A stretch of 64,000 nt of DNA from positions 15,977 through 79,976 of the forward strand of contig JBAYHG010000003.1 of NCBI GenBank assembly GCA_041666245.1, given 5' to 3'. Below, one piece after another: positions 1 to 7,878 of the stretch. A program made the position numbers and the translations under genes. The DNA is from Candidatus Peribacteraceae bacterium. Lineage in GTDB: Bacteria; Patescibacteriota; Gracilibacteria; Peribacterales; Peribacteraceae. Every line of letters starts with the position of its first letter. The stretch's first letter is position 1. The notes beneath the pieces were generated by a model. It made no database searches. It was given only the letters and a program-made list of their open reading frames with translations, and had not been told where the DNA came from.

Positions 1-2141
1 CGTGTCACCGTGACGTCGTAGGAGACGGCGGGGAAAGCCGGAACGGGAACGGGGGGCTTCAGGAGCTCCGGGATAGCGAGGAGCGTCGTGAGATCCAGCG
101 TGGCGACGGCGGCGCGCGCGGGGAGATCGAAGCGCGTGGCGACTTCCGGATGCACTTCCGTGATGAAACCGACAGCCGTCTCGCCGACGAAGAGATCTGC
201 CGTGCGTCCGGGATGGCCGAACGGTGCGGTCGCGGATGCGGTGCGGACACTCGCCTGCCATCCTCCCTTTCGCAGCGCTTCCATTGCGCAATTCTTGAGC
301 TTCAGAAACGGCGCTTCCTTCAGCGATCCTCCTCTCTTGTCTGCGAGCAGGAGGCCGCACTCGAACCATTCACCCTGTGTTTTCGAGAAGACGTGCGCAC
401 ACTCGAACGTTGAAAGGACTTCCTTCACATGCGTGAGGTTCTGTGCCGCGTGCTCCAGTATCGCAGGGATCGTCGAGGTGCGGAGTCGGCCAAGTTCCTC
501 ACCGATGGGGTTCTCGACCGTGACGGTGCCTGCACTCATGCCTGCTTTCGCCAGCAATTTTTCACCGACGAGTGAGAGTGGCTGCAATTCGAAGAAGCCT
601 TCTTCCTTCAGTGCGGTTCGCAGCCGGTGCAGACGCGAGTCGCGGGCCGGAGGGACGAGAGCGCCTATGGGCATCACCGCTTCGATCGTGTCGTACCCGT
701 GGATGCGGCCGACTTCCTCAATCAGGTCATCATCAGTGTGGATGTCTTCCATGCGCCAGAGCGGCGGAGTGGCGGAAAGCGCATTCTTTTTCTCCTCCAC
801 AGCGAAGCCGAGCTTCTTCAGGATCTTCGATGCTTCCGCGAGTTCGATGGGAGCACCGAGGACACGCTGGAGGCGCGAGAGCTTCAGCGTGATCGCCTTT
901 GTTTTGTCATCCTCTCCCCAGGAGAGCGGAGCGGAGACGAGGCGGGCGCCGGGCACGAATTCCAGGAACAGCTCGACAGCCCGAAGCAGGCCTTCTTTCG
1001 CCGCGACGAACGGAACGCCCTTCTCGTAGACGGTGGCCGCGTCGGTGCGATGGCCCATGGCGATCACGGTCCTGCGGGTGTTCTGGGGATCGACAATCGC
1101 GCTGTGCAGCCAGATCTTCCTCGTCGATTCCTTCGTCGAGCCGCGCAGTCCTCCCATGATGCCGAGGAGATCAAAGATTCCTTCCGCGTCCTCCATCACG
1201 AGCGCGCCCGGCGAGAGCTCACGCTCCTGCCCGTCCAGCGTCGTGATCTTTTCGCCTTTCTTCGCTTTTCTCATGAGGACATCTCCTCTGATGTCGGCGG
1301 TATCGAAGCTGTGGAGCGGCATTCCCGTCTCCATCATCACGTAGTTCGTGATATCGATGGGCAGGTTGATGGAACGCCAGCCCGTCGCCTCCAGTCTTCG
1401 CTTCATCCAGTCCGGCGTTGTCCCGAGTCCGCTGATCTCCAGCGCCACCGCTTCGTAGCGGGGGACGAGCTTCTGCGTCTGGACTTTGATGGAGAAGGGG
1501 AACGGAGTGTCTGGAAAGGAGACACTCTTCGACGCCTTCTCCTTCCACTCTCCGAGACCGATCGCTGCGAATTCCCGCGCGAATCCTTTGTGGGAGAAGA
1601 GATCCGGCCGGTGCGTGATGGCATGGTTATCGATGCACAGCACGACGTCTCCGAGGCCCAGGTATTCCTTGAGCGGCTTGCCCACACCCTCATTTCCGTC
1701 TCCGAGATCAATGATGGAATGGCCCGTTGCATCCGGGAAGCGTGAGGCCAGATCCAGTTCCTCCGCCGCGCAGATCATTCCCTCACTCTCTTCGCCGCGG
1801 ACTTTCGCCTTCTCCAGCGTCACCATTTCAGTCCCGTGCCAGCGGACGCGTGCGCCGACGTGCGCGAGAGCCACGCGCATCCCTTCCCGCAAATTCGTCC
1901 CGCCGCAGACGACGTTCTTCTTCCCCTGATCCGTCTGCACTTCGCAGAGCGAGAGCCGGTCGGCGTTCGGATGCTTCTTCACGGAGAGGATCCTGCCCAC
2001 AACGACATGATTGAGGAGCGCACCCGCCGCTTCGACCTCGTCCACTTCAGACACTTTCGCCGTGAGGACGCGCGCGATCGTCTCCGGATCCTGTTCCTTC
2101 ATCGTGATGAAATCGGAGAGCCATTCGAGGGATATTTTCAT
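1..2141 (-). CDS. pheT: Phenylalanine--tRNA ligase beta subunit (about 713 codons; C-terminal end runs off the window start)
   Basis: Absent from the ORF track because no in-frame stop lies inside the window. My reverse-complement translation from the ATG at 2141 reads MKISLEWLSDFITMKEQDPETIARVL..GRILSVKKHPNADRLSLCEVQ..DNHAITHRPDLFSHKGFAREF..RIHGYD.. and stays open to position 1. The N-terminal tRNA-binding domain and core motifs are typical of PheT. The + strand ORFs 88..1029, 627..1745 and 1836..2387 are its antisense shadows. Confidence 0.9.
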   Translation of the reverse strand, partial: MKISLEWLSDFITMKEQDPETIARVLTAKVSEVDEVEAAGALLNHVVVGRILSVKKHPNADRLSLCEVQTDQGKKNVVCGGTNLREGMRVALAHVGARVRWHGTEMVTLEKAKVRGEESEGMICAAEELDLASRFPDATGHSIIDLGDGNEGVGKPLKEYLGLGDVVLCIDNHAITHRPDLFSHKGFAREFAAIGLGEWKEKASKSVSFPDTPFPFSIKVQTQKLVPRYEAVALEISGLGTTPDWMKRRLEATGWRSINLPIDITNYVMMETGMPLHSFDTADIRGDVLMRKAKKGEKITTLDGQERELSPGALVMEDAEGIFDLLGIMGGLRGSTKESTRKIWLHSAIVDPQNTRRTVIAMGHRTDAATVYEKGVPFVAAKEGLLRAVELFLEFVPGARLVSAPLSWGEDDKTKAITLKLSRLQRVLGAPIELAEASKILKKLGFAVEEKKNALSATPPLWRMEDIHTDDDLIEEVGRIHGYDTIEAVMPIGALVPPARDSRLHRLRTALKEEGFFELQPLSLVGEKLLAKAGMSAGTVTVENPIGEELGRLRTSTIPAILEHAAQNLTHVKEVLSTFECAHVFSKTQGEWFECGLLLADKRGGSLKEAPFLKLKNCAMEALRKGGWQASVRTASATAPFGHPGRTADLFVGETAVGFITEVHPEVATRFDLPARAAVATLDLTTLLAIPELLKPPVPVPAFPAVSYDVTVT

Positions 2142-2344
2142 GGAGAGAGTATGCAGGAAGTTCCGGAGATATTGAAGTGGAAGGAGAATGAGGTTTTGAG
2201 GGGAAACGGAACCGAAGAAGCCGGGGAAAGCACGTATGATCTCCGACGAAGAAGCGGGATTTGTCGAGCGATACCATTCCCCGTTCCTTGCGAATATTGC
2301 CGCAGATACGGTACGTTCACTGCCATCTCCTTCTCCGTTTTTCT

Positions 2345-2599
2345 ATGTTGTTTTGCAAGAAGTGTCCGCACAAGCCGATGTGCATGATCACGCACCTCGT
2401 GGTCGCCGCACTGCTCTTCCTCATGGCGGTCGCCTCACTCGTCGGCGTCGTGCTGTCGCACGTCCTCACCACGGGTGGCCTGATGTTCGGGAGCTCCAGC
2501 GGTTCGCTCTCCATCATCGCCTTCTCCGTTTCCGTCATGACTTTCATGAAGATCATGAGGGCATGCATGGGAAAGGGTGAATGCTGTAGCGGAAAGTGA
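2345..2599 (+). CDS. Small Cys-rich membrane protein (hypothetical, 84 aa from the internal ATG)
   Basis: ORF 2261..2599. The plausible start is the ATG at 2345 (MLFCKKCPHKPMCMITHLVVAALLFLMAVASLVGVVL..). It has two hydrophobic helices, CxxC at the N-terminus and CMGKGECC at the C-terminus. I recognise no family. Confidence 0.45.
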   Translation: MLFCKKCPHKPMCMITHLVVAALLFLMAVASLVGVVLSHVLTTGGLMFGSSSGSLSIIAFSVSVMTFMKIMRACMGKGECCSGK

Positions 2600-2736
2600 A
2601 AACCTACGGTTTTCCCTTTCCGGAAATCCCTTTCCCTTAGCAGTGTCGCTCCAGCGTCGGGGCCCGCCTTCGGCACCCAACGCTTCGCGACGATTGTTTC
2701 ATTGGTTTCTGTACGTTGTTTGTTTTGGCCAAGAAG

Positions 2737-3246
2737 TTACGAGATTTGTGCGAAAAGAACGACGTAGTTTTTGCCGTACACCTTCGCGCACTTGGGGCAG
2801 GTCGTGTAGGAGAAGTAGAGCTTCTTCAATTCTTTGTCCTTGTCCTTCACGTACATTCCCATCTCCCGCGCCCACTTGCCGGCGTTGTTGTACGGGCCTT
2901 CGAAGACCTTCGTCAGAAATGTGCCCGAGATCGTTGCCATCTTCGCTCCAGGAACATCTTTCGCGACATCGATGTAGATGTCGGCGCCCCACAGAGAATT
3001 CTCATCCGTCAGCATGAGTTGGTACGGCGCTTTGGCTCCCGCTCTCTCTATCAATTTCAAATTCCTGGTGATGACCTTCCCCATGTTCAGCGGGATATGC
3101 AGAAAGCTTGTCACATGATCTTTGACGAACTTCTTGTCCGTCCAACTGATTTCCTTGTCCTGCCAGGGGGCGGGATCGAAGATGTCGCAGCAGCCGGTAG
3201 GGGTCATTGGTTGATTGGGCATGCAACCGATTATACTTCTTTCCAT
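2737..3246 (-). CDS. Conserved hypothetical protein with N-terminal CC and C-terminal CPKC motifs
   Basis: 169-aa ORF with an alternative ATG at 3222 (MPNQPMTPTGCCDIFDPAPW..). The sequence is globular and protein-like (..FLHIPLNMGKVITR..GTFLTKVFEGPYNNAGKW..YTTCPKCAKVYGKNYVVLFAQ). I recall homologs of this pattern in databases with only generic annotation. Confidence 0.7.
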   Translation of the reverse strand: MERSIIGCMPNQPMTPTGCCDIFDPAPWQDKEISWTDKKFVKDHVTSFLHIPLNMGKVITRNLKLIERAGAKAPYQLMLTDENSLWGADIYIDVAKDVPGAKMATISGTFLTKVFEGPYNNAGKWAREMGMYVKDKDKELKKLYFSYTTCPKCAKVYGKNYVVLFAQIS

Positions 3247-3410
3247 TGAAGCGAAATGGAATTCCTCTGAGTTATTCTCTCTCCACCGAACTCTATGTAT
3301 GTGCCCTTCGACTCCACTTCGTTCCGCTCAGGGCATTCTAGTCCTACGTGAAATGTGGTCGGAGCTCTGAAGGAGCGGAGACCATGAGCGAGCGCCGCCA
3401 ACGCGAGTCG

Positions 3411-3502
<92 letters not shown>

Positions 3503-3549
3503 GTGGACATAGATTGTGCCATAACTTCCTCATAAGCGAAAACTCCAAA

Positions 3550-3590
3550 CCTCCCTGCCCTTTCTGCCTTTCCTTTCCTTCCTCCCCTCA
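3550..3590. repeat. Pyrimidine-rich (on +) low-complexity tract, member of the GGCAGARAGGGCAG purine-repeat family
   Basis: CCTCCCTGCCCTTTCTGCCTTTCCTTTCCTTCCTCCCC lies immediately 3' of the rpmB stop. Its reverse complement shares GGCAGAAAGGGCAG with the tracts at 7827 and 17478. Confidence 0.5.
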
Positions 3591-3800
3591 ATAAGCCGCC
3601 TTTCCCTCTGCCATCCTCTTTGCCAATGTCCGGAGGTAGCTCGTAGCCACTTTGATCGTCTTGTACTCGCCTGTCTTCGGGTCGAAGACGCGCTTCTTCT
3701 GAATGTTCGCCTTCCACGTCCTGCGGGTGTGGCGCAGCGAGTGGCTGCGGGTGTTCCCGAATGAGGTTCCTTTGCCGGTGCGGACGCATCTTCTTGCCAT
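3588..3800 (-). CDS. rpmB: 50S ribosomal protein L28
   Basis: The C-terminal 70 aa of ORF 3588..4007 read MARRCVRTGKGTSFGNTRSHSLRHTRRTWKANIQKKRVFDPKTGEYKTIKV.., the classic L28 signature. The ATG at 3800 was confirmed in the sequence. The upstream extension of the ORF crosses a repeat hairpin and is not coding. Confidence 0.9.
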   Translation of the reverse strand: MARRCVRTGKGTSFGNTRSHSLRHTRRTWKANIQKKRVFDPKTGEYKTIKVATSYLRTLAKRMAEGKAAY

Positions 3801-3851
3801 GCGGGTGCCGAGAATAGAGAAGGGCTCTTGTTCCGTCAATGTTCTTTTGTG

Positions 3852-3953
3852 GAAAAGGAAGCCGAGGAAACCGAGGAATCCGATGAAACCGAAGAGTACT
3901 GCTTTGGAAATTCCTCGGAATCTTCGGTTTCCTTGGTTTCGTCGGCTTCTTCC
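3852..3953. repeat. Long imperfect hairpin built from 9-nt periodic units (GAAACCGAG-like) in a divergent intergenic region
   Basis: The left arm is GGAAGCCGAGGAAACCGAGGAATCCGATGAAACCGAAGAG, the loop is TACTGC, and the right arm is TTTGGAAATTCCTCGGAATCTTCGGTTTCCTTGGTTTCGTCGGCTTCTTCC. Comparing the arms by hand, most positions pair, with a mismatch roughly once per 9-nt unit. Confidence 0.65.
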
Positions 3954-4000
3954 TCCAATCGGTTCCGGAAGCCCGAAAAACCGTGTACTCTGGCCGAACC

Positions 4001-4675
4001 ATGACACCTTTCCTCAACCCTACATTTCTGATCGCGATCCTGATCGCCCTCAGTGTCCACGAGGCGGCGCACGGATGGGTGGCGAACAAGCTTGGAGATC
4101 CCACGGCGGAGGCGGCGGGGCGGGTGACGCTCAATCCACTCGCGCACCTGGATCCCATGGGGACACTCCTCTTCCTCTTCGTCGGCTTCGGCTGGGGCAA
4201 GCCCGTGCCGATCAACCCGATGTACTTCCGGCAGCCCAAGCGCGACACGGCACTCGTGTCGCTCGCGGGGCCGGTGTCCAACTTCCTCGTTGCTGCACTT
4301 TCTTTTGCCCTCCTCACTGCGTTCTTCCCAAGTGTTGTTGGTTCGGCGAACTCGCTCCTCTCCTTCTCCATGAGCGGTTCTATCGCCGCGGCGTTCTTTC
4401 GTTCCGTTCTTCAGAGTCTCCTCTTCATTGACCTCGGGCTCATGGCATTCAATCTGCTGCCCATTGCCCCCCTCGACGGGTCGAAAGTCCTGCAGGCGTT
4501 CGTTCCGCTTCGTTTCGAGGAAGGCTACGAGCGCTACATGCAGTACGGTCCCTACATTCTCATCGGGCTTCTCCTCGCCGAGTCGTTCCTCGGGATTTCG
4601 CTCCTCTCGTCGTGGATCTATTCCATCATCGACGGGGCGCTGCGGATGTTTTCCTTTTTCTTCCTGCGCTCGTGA
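4001..4675 (+). CDS. Site-2 protease family (peptidase M50) membrane metalloprotease
   Basis: MTPFLNPTFLIAILIALSVHEAAHGWVANKLGDPTA..NPLAHLDPMGTL..GWGKPVPINP. It has the HExxH motif in TM1 and further TM helices. The ATG at 4001 is preferred over the GTG at 3983. Confidence 0.85.
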   Translation: MTPFLNPTFLIAILIALSVHEAAHGWVANKLGDPTAEAAGRVTLNPLAHLDPMGTLLFLFVGFGWGKPVPINPMYFRQPKRDTALVSLAGPVSNFLVAALSFALLTAFFPSVVGSANSLLSFSMSGSIAAAFFRSVLQSLLFIDLGLMAFNLLPIAPLDGSKVLQAFVPLRFEEGYERYMQYGPYILIGLLLAESFLGISLLSSWIYSIIDGALRMFSFFFLRS

Positions 4676-4708
4676 ACGCGATCTGGGCGGAGACGGTATA
4701 GTACGGAC

Positions 4709-6403
4709 ATGTCATATGTAGTCTCTTCACCACGAAGTCTTCTCGTGCGCGTCCGGCCCTTGCTCCTTCCCCTCCTCGCAGGATCACTCTTCACGCTTGT
4801 CCTGAATTCCCCGATGATCATATCGAGGATGCACGGGGATCCGGTCCTCCCTGCCATGGGCACGTCGGTGGACGAGGCGTTCTATTTTTCGCTCATCAAC
4901 AATGCCTCGCTCGGTGTCCGCAGAATGGGGAATGTCTCCCTTCTCGAGCACCGGGACAATCCCGACACCGGCTCGTACGCTCCTCTCATTCAGGGCGGAC
5001 TCAAGCGACTCTTCGGATGGGATATCGCGACGGCCGTCTGGTTCGGCGATGTGGTTTTCCCCTTCGTGACGGTCGTGCTCCTCTCACTCGCGTTTGCCTC
5101 GCTCTTTCCTTCCGCTGTCGTCGGAGCGGGAGCGGCACTCCTCGTGTCATCGATCATCGGGACGGGGTTCCTCCGTTCCATCAGTCCGCAGGTGACGCTC
5201 ATCTGGGTCGCGCTGTATCTGTGGGCGTTCCTCGGGTTTCGGCCCGGCAGGGGAGCAGCGATCTTGCGGGGGACTGCGATGGCACTCCTCTTTCTCTCAC
5301 ACTCAGTCACGTTGCCTTTTCTCCTCGGCGTCGAGGGGCTCGCTCTCCTCTTTGACCCGCGCGTGAGCGGTGCGCGGCGCAGGATCATGCTCTTCCTCCT
5401 GGCGCTCCTCCCGCTCGTTCCCGTGTTCGCGCTCAAGCTCGTCATGACCGGAAACGGTGATCCGGTAATCATCGCGGATACGTACAGACGCATGGGCATG
5501 ATTGCGAGTCACCTTCCTGCCGCACCCCTCCTCCAGATGAAGGTGCTGGCTGCGGGGATTGTTCTCCTGTTCCTTCGGCGGTTCGTTCGCGATGAGCGGA
5601 CGCCCGCGACGCTCCTTCTCATCCTTTGCGGGGCGCTCCTCCTCGCACTCAACCAATCGATCGTCCATGGCATCGACATCGTCTTCGGCCTCTACTACGA
5701 GCGCATGGCCCAGCTCGTGCTCCCGCTCGTCGGGGCGTACGTCCTCTTCCATTTTTTGCGAGGCAGATATCGCTTTGCTGCGGGGCTGATCTTCGCTGCT
5801 CTCGGACTCTCTCTCCTCACGGCGCAGGTCATCGTGACCTCCACCTCTCCTCCGAGCAGCACACAGCCGTCCGACGATCCCACAGAGATCCTGACGGCAC
5901 TGGGGCAGCTTCCCGGGGAGCGTGTCGTTCTCGCCCCGTACGAAATCGCGGATCTCGTCCCTGCGTTCACGAGGCATGCCGTCGCATTCAATCACTTCGC
6001 CCATTACCAGTATGCGGGAGACGGGGAACTGGCTCAGCGTTACCTCTTGCACGAGTCATTCTTCCCCATCTCCTCAGGTTCCCGCGATGACACATACCCG
6101 GAGATATTCAGTTATGCGGCGGGGAATATCGCTGCGCGGGAACGCACACTCTGCCGAGGCCTTTCACTCTTCATGAAGTCCGATGCCGCGTGCCGTGTCC
6201 CGATCCGAGACCGCATCGCACATCAAGAACTCCTTCCTCTTCTCGATCATCCTGCCATCGACCAGGCGGCGCTCTTCCAGGCGTTCCATGTGGACACGAT
6301 CGTCACCGATCGCCCCCTTCCTGCGTTCGCCGCGCGTATCTGTTCGCGAGCGGGCGAGGCCGGAGGATTCACGCTTTGGTCGTGCCCGCGGGTTTCCGAA
6401 TGA
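4709..6403 (+). CDS. Polytopic membrane protein with C-terminal soluble domain, GT-C-like (putative)
   Basis: 564 aa with at least 10 hydrophobic helices in the first ~370 aa. The acidic-aromatic motif VDEAFYF lies just after the first helix, as in GT-C glycosyltransferases. The C-terminal ~170 aa are soluble. The function is inferred from architecture only. Confidence 0.6.
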   Translation: MSYVVSSPRSLLVRVRPLLLPLLAGSLFTLVLNSPMIISRMHGDPVLPAMGTSVDEAFYFSLINNASLGVRRMGNVSLLEHRDNPDTGSYAPLIQGGLKRLFGWDIATAVWFGDVVFPFVTVVLLSLAFASLFPSAVVGAGAALLVSSIIGTGFLRSISPQVTLIWVALYLWAFLGFRPGRGAAILRGTAMALLFLSHSVTLPFLLGVEGLALLFDPRVSGARRRIMLFLLALLPLVPVFALKLVMTGNGDPVIIADTYRRMGMIASHLPAAPLLQMKVLAAGIVLLFLRRFVRDERTPATLLLILCGALLLALNQSIVHGIDIVFGLYYERMAQLVLPLVGAYVLFHFLRGRYRFAAGLIFAALGLSLLTAQVIVTSTSPPSSTQPSDDPTEILTALGQLPGERVVLAPYEIADLVPAFTRHAVAFNHFAHYQYAGDGELAQRYLLHESFFPISSGSRDDTYPEIFSYAAGNIAARERTLCRGLSLFMKSDAACRVPIRDRIAHQELLPLLDHPAIDQAALFQAFHVDTIVTDRPLPAFAARICSRAGEAGGFTLWSCPRVSE

Positions 6404-7232
6404 CGGCGTAGAGCGTGGCTGCTCCGTCCGCTGCCGGACGGAGACGATTCAATAGGAGATCGAGGTACTTCAGCGGGAAGAAGAGGAGAGAGAAGAATGC
6501 CATGAGGAGGCGCGAGATCGGTACGTTTCCGAAGGAGAGCAGGGTCGAGAGCCAGAAGGACGTTTGCAGGACCAGGGCAGCGGTCGGACCGCCGCGCGGA
6601 CCGCTCTGCAGGAGTTCGAAGTCTCTGCACAGTATCCGTACTCCTTCCTGCGACCATCGGTGGAAATCGTTCGGTGAGGCGTGAAAGGGGAAGAGGAAGG
6701 GGACGGCAATGTACGCGAGGCCCCCGGGTTTCAGAATGCGATGGATTTCCGTCATGATTTGCGACGGGTCCGGCACATGTTCGAGGAGGAATTCACAAAG
6801 GACGCCGTCCACGCTTGCAGAGGCGAAAGGCAGGGCAGCGGCGTCGGCAATCACGTCCACACTCGTGTAGGGAAACACGTCCACGTTCACGACCTGCTGT
6901 CCGTAACGGTGGACGCCCGAGCCGAGGCTCACCACAACCCCGTCCTTGTTCAATTGTCGAAGGAATTTCTTCGGAGTGAATTCCGTGAAGCAATCGGGGT
7001 TTGTGAGGTTGATGAGGAACACGTAGAAGTGCGGGAAGCGGCGGAGGAACGTCTTCAATGCATTCTCGATCCCGGATCGTTCCTCGTTGAGACTTTCCGT
7101 CATGTGTTGCGGAAGGAAAGAGGGGACACCGTTCTGCTGTCCAAAAAATTCACCATCCTGTGCGCGATAACCTCCTTCCACTTTCGTGAGAGGAAGGTGC
7201 GTAACGGGGTGGACGAGGAGGAGAGAGGACAT
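6369..7232 (-). CDS. Class I SAM-dependent methyltransferase
   Basis: ..VVSLGSGVHRYGQQVVNVDV..ADAAALPFASASVDGVLCEFLLEHVPDP..EIHRILKPGGLAYIAVP.. shows methyltransferase motifs I, II and post-I. The ATG at 7232 (MSSLLLVHP) is preferred. The 3' end overlaps the convergent gene 4709..6403 by about 35 nt. Confidence 0.8.
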   Translation of the reverse strand: MSSLLLVHPVTHLPLTKVEGGYRAQDGEFFGQQNGVPSFLPQHMTESLNEERSGIENALKTFLRRFPHFYVFLINLTNPDCFTEFTPKKFLRQLNKDGVVVSLGSGVHRYGQQVVNVDVFPYTSVDVIADAAALPFASASVDGVLCEFLLEHVPDPSQIMTEIHRILKPGGLAYIAVPFLFPFHASPNDFHRWSQEGVRILCRDFELLQSGPRGGPTAALVLQTSFWLSTLLSFGNVPISRLLMAFFSLLFFPLKYLDLLLNRLRPAADGAATLYAVIRKPAGTTKA

Positions 7233-7283
7233 GGTGCAGCCACGGATTTCCAATCGACTTCATTCAGGAGAAACCGAATCGAG

Positions 7284-7358
7284 TGGAGCCGCCGACGGGG
7301 ATTGAACCCGTGACCCCATCCTTACCATGGATGTGCTCTACCACTGAGCTACGGCGGC
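7284..7358 (-). tRNA. tRNA-Thr (anticodon GGT), 3' CCA encoded
   Basis: The reverse complement GCCGCCGTAGCTCAGTGGTAGAGCACATCCATGGTAAGGATGGGGTCACGGGTTCAATCCCCGTCGGCGGCTCCA folds into a cloverleaf: D arm GCTC-AGTGGTA-GAGC, anticodon stem CATCC/GGATG with loop ATGGTAA, T arm ACGGG-TTCAATC-CCCGT. Confidence 0.93.
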
Positions 7359-7415
7359 AAAAACGCCCGGCGAGTGTACGTTCTGTGGGCGCGGGGAACA
7401 AGCTCCTCCCATGGT

Positions 7416-7826
7416 TCATTGATCGCCATTCATCGTTTCTGCCCAACTCTGAGGCTTCATTCCCTCCATCGCCCGTCGGGCATTTTTCACCGCGTGGAGG
7501 CAGAGGAGGGCGCATTTGAGACGTCGCGGACCGACATTGACGTTGAGGAGCTCGAGAACAGCCTTCGGTTTCAGTGCCTCGACTTCCTTGATGGTCTTTC
7601 CGACGAGCTCGTCGGAGAGCATCGACATAGCCGCCTGCGAAATGGCGCATCCCGCACCCATCCACCCCACCTTCGTTACGATGTCATTCTTCACCTGCAG
7701 TTGAACCGTGAGGTCGTCGCCGCAGCTCGCATTGATCTCCCTTCGCTCTGCCGTCGGGTTCTTCAGGAGCGTTTTCCCGTGCGGACGCCGTGCGTGATCG
7801 AGGATATTCTCGGCGTAGAGATCCAT
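7416..7826 (-). CDS. sufU: SUF-type Fe-S cluster assembly scaffold / sulfur acceptor (SufU/IscU-like)
   Basis: MDLYAENILDHARRPHGKTLL..INASCGDDLTV..GAGCAISQAAMSML..RRLKCALLCLHAVK. All three conserved Cys motifs are present. The ATG at 7826 was confirmed. The longer track ORF (to 8078) overlaps sufS out of frame. Confidence 0.85.
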   Translation of the reverse strand: MDLYAENILDHARRPHGKTLLKNPTAERREINASCGDDLTVQLQVKNDIVTKVGWMGAGCAISQAAMSMLSDELVGKTIKEVEALKPKAVLELLNVNVGPRRLKCALLCLHAVKNARRAMEGMKPQSWAETMNGDQ

Positions 7827-7869
7827 GGAGAAGTGAGAAAGGGCAGAGAAGGCAGAGAGGGCAGGAAGG
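7827..7869. repeat. Purine-rich 9-nt periodic tract (AGAAAGGGC AGAGAAGGC AGAGAGGGC AGGAAGG)
   Basis: It fills the sufS-sufU spacer and shares the exact 21-mer AGAAAGGGCAGAGAAGGCAGA with 17478..17518. Confidence 0.6.
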
Positions 7870-7878
7870 TCCGACGGC

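Noticed and set aside
88-2387. Long plus-strand ORFs (88..1029, 627..1745, 1486..1929, 1836..2387) while no minus-strand ORF is listed. I briefly considered an alternative genetic code (UGA recoding) breaking a minus-strand gene.
   Set aside because: Translating the minus strand from 2141 with the standard code gives an uninterrupted, clearly PheT-like protein. It is missing from the track only because it has no stop inside the window. The plus-strand ORFs are Arg/Ser/Ala-rich antisense shadows.
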